From an uncultured Phycisphaerales bacterium (GTDB taxonomy: Bacteria; Planctomycetota; Phycisphaerae; Phycisphaerales; SM1A02): 64,000 bases of DNA. Made by a program: the position numbers and the translations under genes. The stretch spans positions 64,001-128,000 of the forward strand of contig CALKEP010000002.1 of the NCBI GenBank assembly GCA_938084645.1, written 5' to 3'. The notes beneath the pieces are model-generated. The model saw only the letters and a list, made by a program, of their open reading frames with translations, was not told the origin of the DNA and ran no database searches. This document shows, in pieces, positions 62,969 to 64,000 of this stretch (position 1 is the first letter of the stretch; each line of letters starts with the position of its first letter).

Positions 62969-62990
62969 CCCCGCCTGATAGAATCACGGC

Positions 62991-64000
62991 ATGCATTACG
63001 AAACCCATGCCTCGCTGGTCGAGGAACTCGAGGCGCGGATCTTGACAATCCGTGACTCTCTTTGACTACGACACCAAGGTGTCGAAGCGGGAAACCCTCC
63101 AGGAGGAGATGAATGCCGACGGCTTCTGGGACAACCAGGACGCCGCCCAGGCGCACATCTCCAAGTACAAGCTCGTCAAGGCCCAGATCGATCCCCTCGA
63201 AGAGGTGATCGCGCTGTTCGAGGATGCCAAGCTCGGTCTCGAACTCGCCAAGGAGGAGGACGATCGCGAACTCCTCGAGGAGGCCGACGAACAGCTCTTC
63301 CAGATCGAACGCCGGATGGACAAGGTCGAGCTGCAGTCGCTGCTCTCGGGACCACACGACCATCGGGACTGCTTCGTCGCCATCCAGGCCGGGGACGGAG
63401 GCAACGATGCGGACGACTTCGCCGAGATGGTGGATCGGATGTACCTCTACTACTGGGAACAGCAGGGCTGGAAGGTCGAGGAGCTCAGCCGGACCCACGG
63501 CACCGAGGTCGGGATCAACGAAGTCTCGTACCACCTGAAGGGCGCCTACGCGTTCGGCAACATGAACTGCGAACGCGGCACCCACCGCCTCGCCCGCGTG
63601 AGTCCGTTCAACGCCCAGGGCAAGCGGCAGACGAGCTTCGTCACCGTCGACGTGACGCCGGAGATCGAGGAGACCGACCTGGTCATCCCGGACAACGACC
63701 TGGAGATCAGCAACTTCGCGCGATCCAGCGGGCCCGGCGGCCAGAACGTCAACAAGGTCGCCAGTGCGGTCCGCATCGTCCACAAACCGACCGGAATCAT
63801 GGTCGTCGCCAGCACCTTCCGGGATCAGCCGCAGAACCGCCGACAGGCGATGCAGGTGCTCATGGCGAAACTCGAGCAGATCGAGGAGGAGAAGCGTCAG
63901 GCCGAACTCGACGCCGCCACCGGTGGCAAGGTCGACCGCGGCTGGGGAACGCAGATCCGTTCCTACGTCCTCTACGACAACCGGGTGAAGGACCACCGAA
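62991..64000 (+). CDS. prfB: Peptide chain release factor 2 with programmed +1 frameshift (runs off the window end)
   Basis: 24-codon ORF ending CTT TGA C (63060-63066); the +1 frame continues 'DYDTK...FWDN', with SPF and GGQ motifs. Confidence 0.97.

Overview
GC-rich bacterial chromosome segment, most likely Planctomycetota (Phycisphaerales-like). This rests on a secreted protein ending in paired dockerin-like repeats, an 'IPAPGALGLL...RRKR' PEP-CTERM-like tail, a DUF1570-like protein and a pilin-like protein. The window is mostly scattered housekeeping genes (argE, trmB, rsfS, hppA, rpsU, pdxH, dnaE, dnaK, ptsI, rne, dxr, rseP, smpB, queE, nuoB, prfB) plus tRNA-Leu(GAG), an ECF sigma/anti-sigma pair and a three-gene putative sugar-catabolism cluster. 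I found no integrase, transposase, prophage, CRISPR or defence system. The most notable signals are regulatory or structural: (i) a TANNNT-N6-8-ATG leaderless-start pattern at about 10 genes, including overlapping bidirectional -10 boxes; (ii) a prfB +1 frameshift site with no internal Shine-Dalgarno; (iii) a sigma54-type promoter and structured leader before dnaK; (iv) hairpin-dense intergenic regions between the ECF sigma and its anti-sigma and ahead of rne; (v) an RNase E/G with histone-like repeats and an IF2-N-like domain; (vi) a nitrilase-VOC fusion; (vii) two decayed genes (panD and a PEP-CTERM-like remnant). All calls come from reading motifs by eye; no database searches or folding calculations were run, and start codons are best estimates.
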